A stretch of 53,184 nt of DNA from Patescibacteria group bacterium (GTDB taxonomy: Bacteria; Patescibacteriota; Gracilibacteria; UBA1369; UM-FILTER-53-11): positions 1 through 53,184 of the forward strand of contig JBBTWV010000012.1 of the NCBI GenBank assembly GCA_038062615.1, written 5' to 3'. Position numbers and translations under genes: made by a program. This document shows, one piece after another, positions 51,154 through 53,184 of the stretch (within the stretch, counting starts at the first letter, position 1; each line of letters starts with the position of its first letter). The notes beneath the pieces were generated by a model. That model saw nothing but the letters and a program-made list of their open reading frames with translations, was not told the DNA's origin and did not search any database.

Positions 51154-52107
51154 ATGCAAAAAAAGACAAAAAACAGGCTTTTAAGAGAACTGCTGATTTT
51201 TTTGCCGGTGCTCGGCATTATTTTGGGCTTAGACTCCATCTACCTTGCGCATGCCGCGGGAGGTTTTACTCCGGTTTCTGACGGACTCTGCGGGGAAGGC
51301 GCATTCCCATGCCCCGAAGGTGAAACTGGCGTTGCCATAGCCAAAAGCTTGGGTGCCCGCATTTTTGATAATACTCGTTATATCATCGGTGCCGTATCCG
51401 TGATTCTCATCGTAGTAGCCGGAGTGAAGTTGATTACGAGCGGCGGCAATGAAGAAGTTTTTGAAAAGCAAAAAACGACGCTCATTTATTCCGTCATTGG
51501 ACTCTTTATGGTTGGCGCCGCTGGCGATCTCGCCATGATTTTTGAAGTAGACCGCGGCGGATTCCTTAAAGATCCTAACGTCTCTATTCAAAAAAGTCGG
51601 CTGTTTACGCGGACGGCAGAAGTCGTTCTCACCTTTATCAAATACATTATTGGCAGTATTTCCGTGCTTTCTATTGTGAGAAATGGCTTGCGTCTTGTGG
51701 TTTTGGGAGGCAACGAAGAAGAAGTGGGCAAGGACAAAAAGAATATTTTCTACGGCTTACTGGGTTTGGTAATTATTTTGATGGCGAACCCCATTGTGAA
51801 CAAAGTATTTTTCAAAATTGATACCACCAAATATCCAGGACTGGAGCCGGTTAGGCCGGGAATTGATACCGCGCGTTTGATTCAGGAAATTACCGGCATT
51901 ACCAATTTGATTGCGGCGATTGCCGGACCTGCCGCGCTGCTTTCATTGGTAGCTGGAGGACTCATGTATGTGCTTGCCGCAGGCGAAGAAGAAAAAACCG
52001 GCAAAGCCAAAAAACTTATGACGTGGTCACTTGTGGGACTCGTGATTATTTACGGCGCGTTTGCCATTGTGAGCACGTTTGTAGCCAGACAGTTTGAAGG
52101 GATTTAG
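51154..52107 (+). CDS. Triple TrbC/VirB2-like (T4SS-pilin-like) domain membrane protein
   Basis: Signal/anchor, then three units of TM-helix, G(G/A)(N/E)EE..K.K loop, TM-helix. Examples: IIGAVSVILIVVAGVKLITSGGNEEVFEKQKTTLIYSVIGLFMV and LLSLVAGGLMYVLAAGEEEKTGKAKKLMTWSLVGLVIIYG. Confidence 0.6.
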   Translation: MQKKTKNRLLRELLIFLPVLGIILGLDSIYLAHAAGGFTPVSDGLCGEGAFPCPEGETGVAIAKSLGARIFDNTRYIIGAVSVILIVVAGVKLITSGGNEEVFEKQKTTLIYSVIGLFMVGAAGDLAMIFEVDRGGFLKDPNVSIQKSRLFTRTAEVVLTFIKYIIGSISVLSIVRNGLRLVVLGGNEEEVGKDKKNIFYGLLGLVIILMANPIVNKVFFKIDTTKYPGLEPVRPGIDTARLIQEITGITNLIAAIAGPAALLSLVAGGLMYVLAAGEEEKTGKAKKLMTWSLVGLVIIYGAFAIVSTFVARQFEGI

Positions 52108-52117
52108 TCTTCAAAAT

Positions 52118-53113
52118 ATGAACAAAATATTTATACAATTTCTTACGTTTTTAATTGCCACGAGCCTTTTACTCGGCATCAATTCTTTTGCCATAGCCGC
52201 TGAGGAAACAAAAGGTGCCAGCACTCCGGTGACAGACTTGAATGAAGTTTTAGGCAAAACGCCGCTGAGCAATTTTGAAGGAAAAATTCATCAACTTTCC
52301 AGCGTGGATCCCGGTGCCGATGTCATTACCACCATCATTTTTACGGCAATCGATTTCATGAAATATTTGATTGGTGCCATTGCCGTAATTTTCATTACGG
52401 TCAGCGGCATCAAACTTATTACGTCTGGCAAAAAAATCGATGAAGTTTCGGAAAAAGAAAAAGAAAATCTTAAATTTATTATTTACGGACTTATTTTGAT
52501 TATTACCGCGGATGAGCTGGTGACCAAAGTATTTTTTGGCGATTACGGCGAGTGCGTTGCCAGCGCTTCCAATGCGCAAGAATGCGCCAAAGTGGGCGGC
52601 AGTTTGGTGAAAGGCGTTTATAGTTTGATTTTGGCCATGATGGCAACGGTAGGAATTTTCGTAGTAGTGCTCTCGGGTTTCCGGCTGGTTACTTCTACCG
52701 GAGATGAAGAAGTCATCAAAAAACAAAAATCACGGATGACCATGGCCGTGGTAGGACTCATCGTTGCGGCGCTTGGAGAATTTGTGGTGAAAGGAATTGT
52801 TTTTCCCGAAGCCGGAACACAAGGCATTGACGTGGAAGCCGCCAAAAAACTCGTCTACAACTTTACTAACTTTGTAGCGGCGTTTATTGGAGCATCAGCG
52901 TTTGTGATGCTCTTTTACGGCGGGTACTTGTATGTGATGTCCTTTGGCAACGAAGAGCAAACCGGCAAGGCCAAAAAAATCATCGTTGGCGCCATTGTTG
53001 GCATGCTCATCGCATTTGCGGCCTTTGGGGTGGTGGCAACAGTAACTTCACTCAACCCAGGAAGAACCAACATCAACTTGCCGCAAAATTTACCTGGACT
53101 CCCCAATAAGTAG
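52118..53113 (+). CDS. Triple TrbC/VirB2-like domain membrane protein, tandem paralog
   Basis: Same three-unit layout, for example LIGAIAVIFITVSGIKLITSG, FRLVTSTGDEEVIKKQKSRM and YLYVMSFGNEEQTGKAKKIIVGAIVGMLIAF. Confidence 0.6.
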   Translation: MNKIFIQFLTFLIATSLLLGINSFAIAAEETKGASTPVTDLNEVLGKTPLSNFEGKIHQLSSVDPGADVITTIIFTAIDFMKYLIGAIAVIFITVSGIKLITSGKKIDEVSEKEKENLKFIIYGLILIITADELVTKVFFGDYGECVASASNAQECAKVGGSLVKGVYSLILAMMATVGIFVVVLSGFRLVTSTGDEEVIKKQKSRMTMAVVGLIVAALGEFVVKGIVFPEAGTQGIDVEAAKKLVYNFTNFVAAFIGASAFVMLFYGGYLYVMSFGNEEQTGKAKKIIVGAIVGMLIAFAAFGVVATVTSLNPGRTNINLPQNLPGLPNK

Positions 53114-53184
53114 ACCCAATTCGCCTCCTGGGCGATTAGTCTCTTAAAGGTGGGGAAGGTACAGTGGTTATAACCACATAACCT

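Noticed and set aside
1-53184. CRISPR array or diversity-generating retroelement.
   Set aside because: All repeats are dispersed, palindromic and irregularly spaced. There is no cas gene, no reverse transcriptase ORF and no template/variable repeat pair.
1-53184. Alternative genetic code (UGA reassignment as in some CPR lineages).
   Set aside because: Conserved genes are uninterrupted under the standard code. TGA also functions as a stop in overlapping ATGA junctions (2805-2808, 15970-15973, 42488-42491).

Overview
The window is gene-dense: about 46 credible protein genes, 3 tRNAs, no rRNA and no CRISPR array. The standard genetic code applies. All functional calls come from motif recognition by eye; no homology search was run.

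Organism (inference only): the gene style suggests a small-genome, Patescibacteria/CPR-like bacterium. Supporting features are a sigma-region-4 plus HARE-HTH protein, multi-domain TrbC/VirB2-like pilin genes, phosphoketolase-centred carbon metabolism, many membrane-anchored lineage-specific proteins, and almost no Shine-Dalgarno sequences.

Housekeeping content:
- gshA-gshB, translationally coupled to a 3-gene ABC-2 transporter
- tgt, an HD hydrolase, ruvA, pgi
- a thioredoxin-like protein, phosphoketolase, a HAD phosphatase
- a frameshifted NDH-2 gene, nfo
- glyA and a 5-formyl-THF cyclo-ligase gene
- htrA
- a family-5 substrate-binding protein plus a HAMP-PP2C phosphatase
- folD-purF-purD, dut-tmk, a DUF1385 protein
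- secE-nusG-(inserted gene)-rplK-rplA

Accessory content:
- an HNH endonuclease gene
- an AbiEi/AbiEii pair and a HicAB-like pair
- a GC-rich Pro/Ala-rich anchored protein next to a 961-aa modular repeat protein
- tandem secreted paralogs
- two triple-pilin genes

Things I consider most worth a second look:
1. A 1182-aa fusion of an SF2 helicase, five tandem repeats of about 97 aa, and a sigma-70-like C-terminus (44553-48101).
2. A GC-rich short element (core AGCCTCGCCACGGCTCGGCCT) inserted in frame in both glutathione genes. It also supplies internal or C-terminal codons to the SBP gene, gshA and folD, which resembles Rickettsia palindromic elements.
3. A family of 75-170 nt long-hairpin elements with four copies.
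4. A second hairpin family (AGATTGCTTCG..CTCGCAATGACA, seven copies). At 28.8-29.05 kb it forms a nested composite palindrome next to a 350-nt helix-rich non-coding stretch and the HNH gene.
5. A recurrent extended -10 box followed by about 6 nt and then the ATG, which implies leaderless mRNAs.
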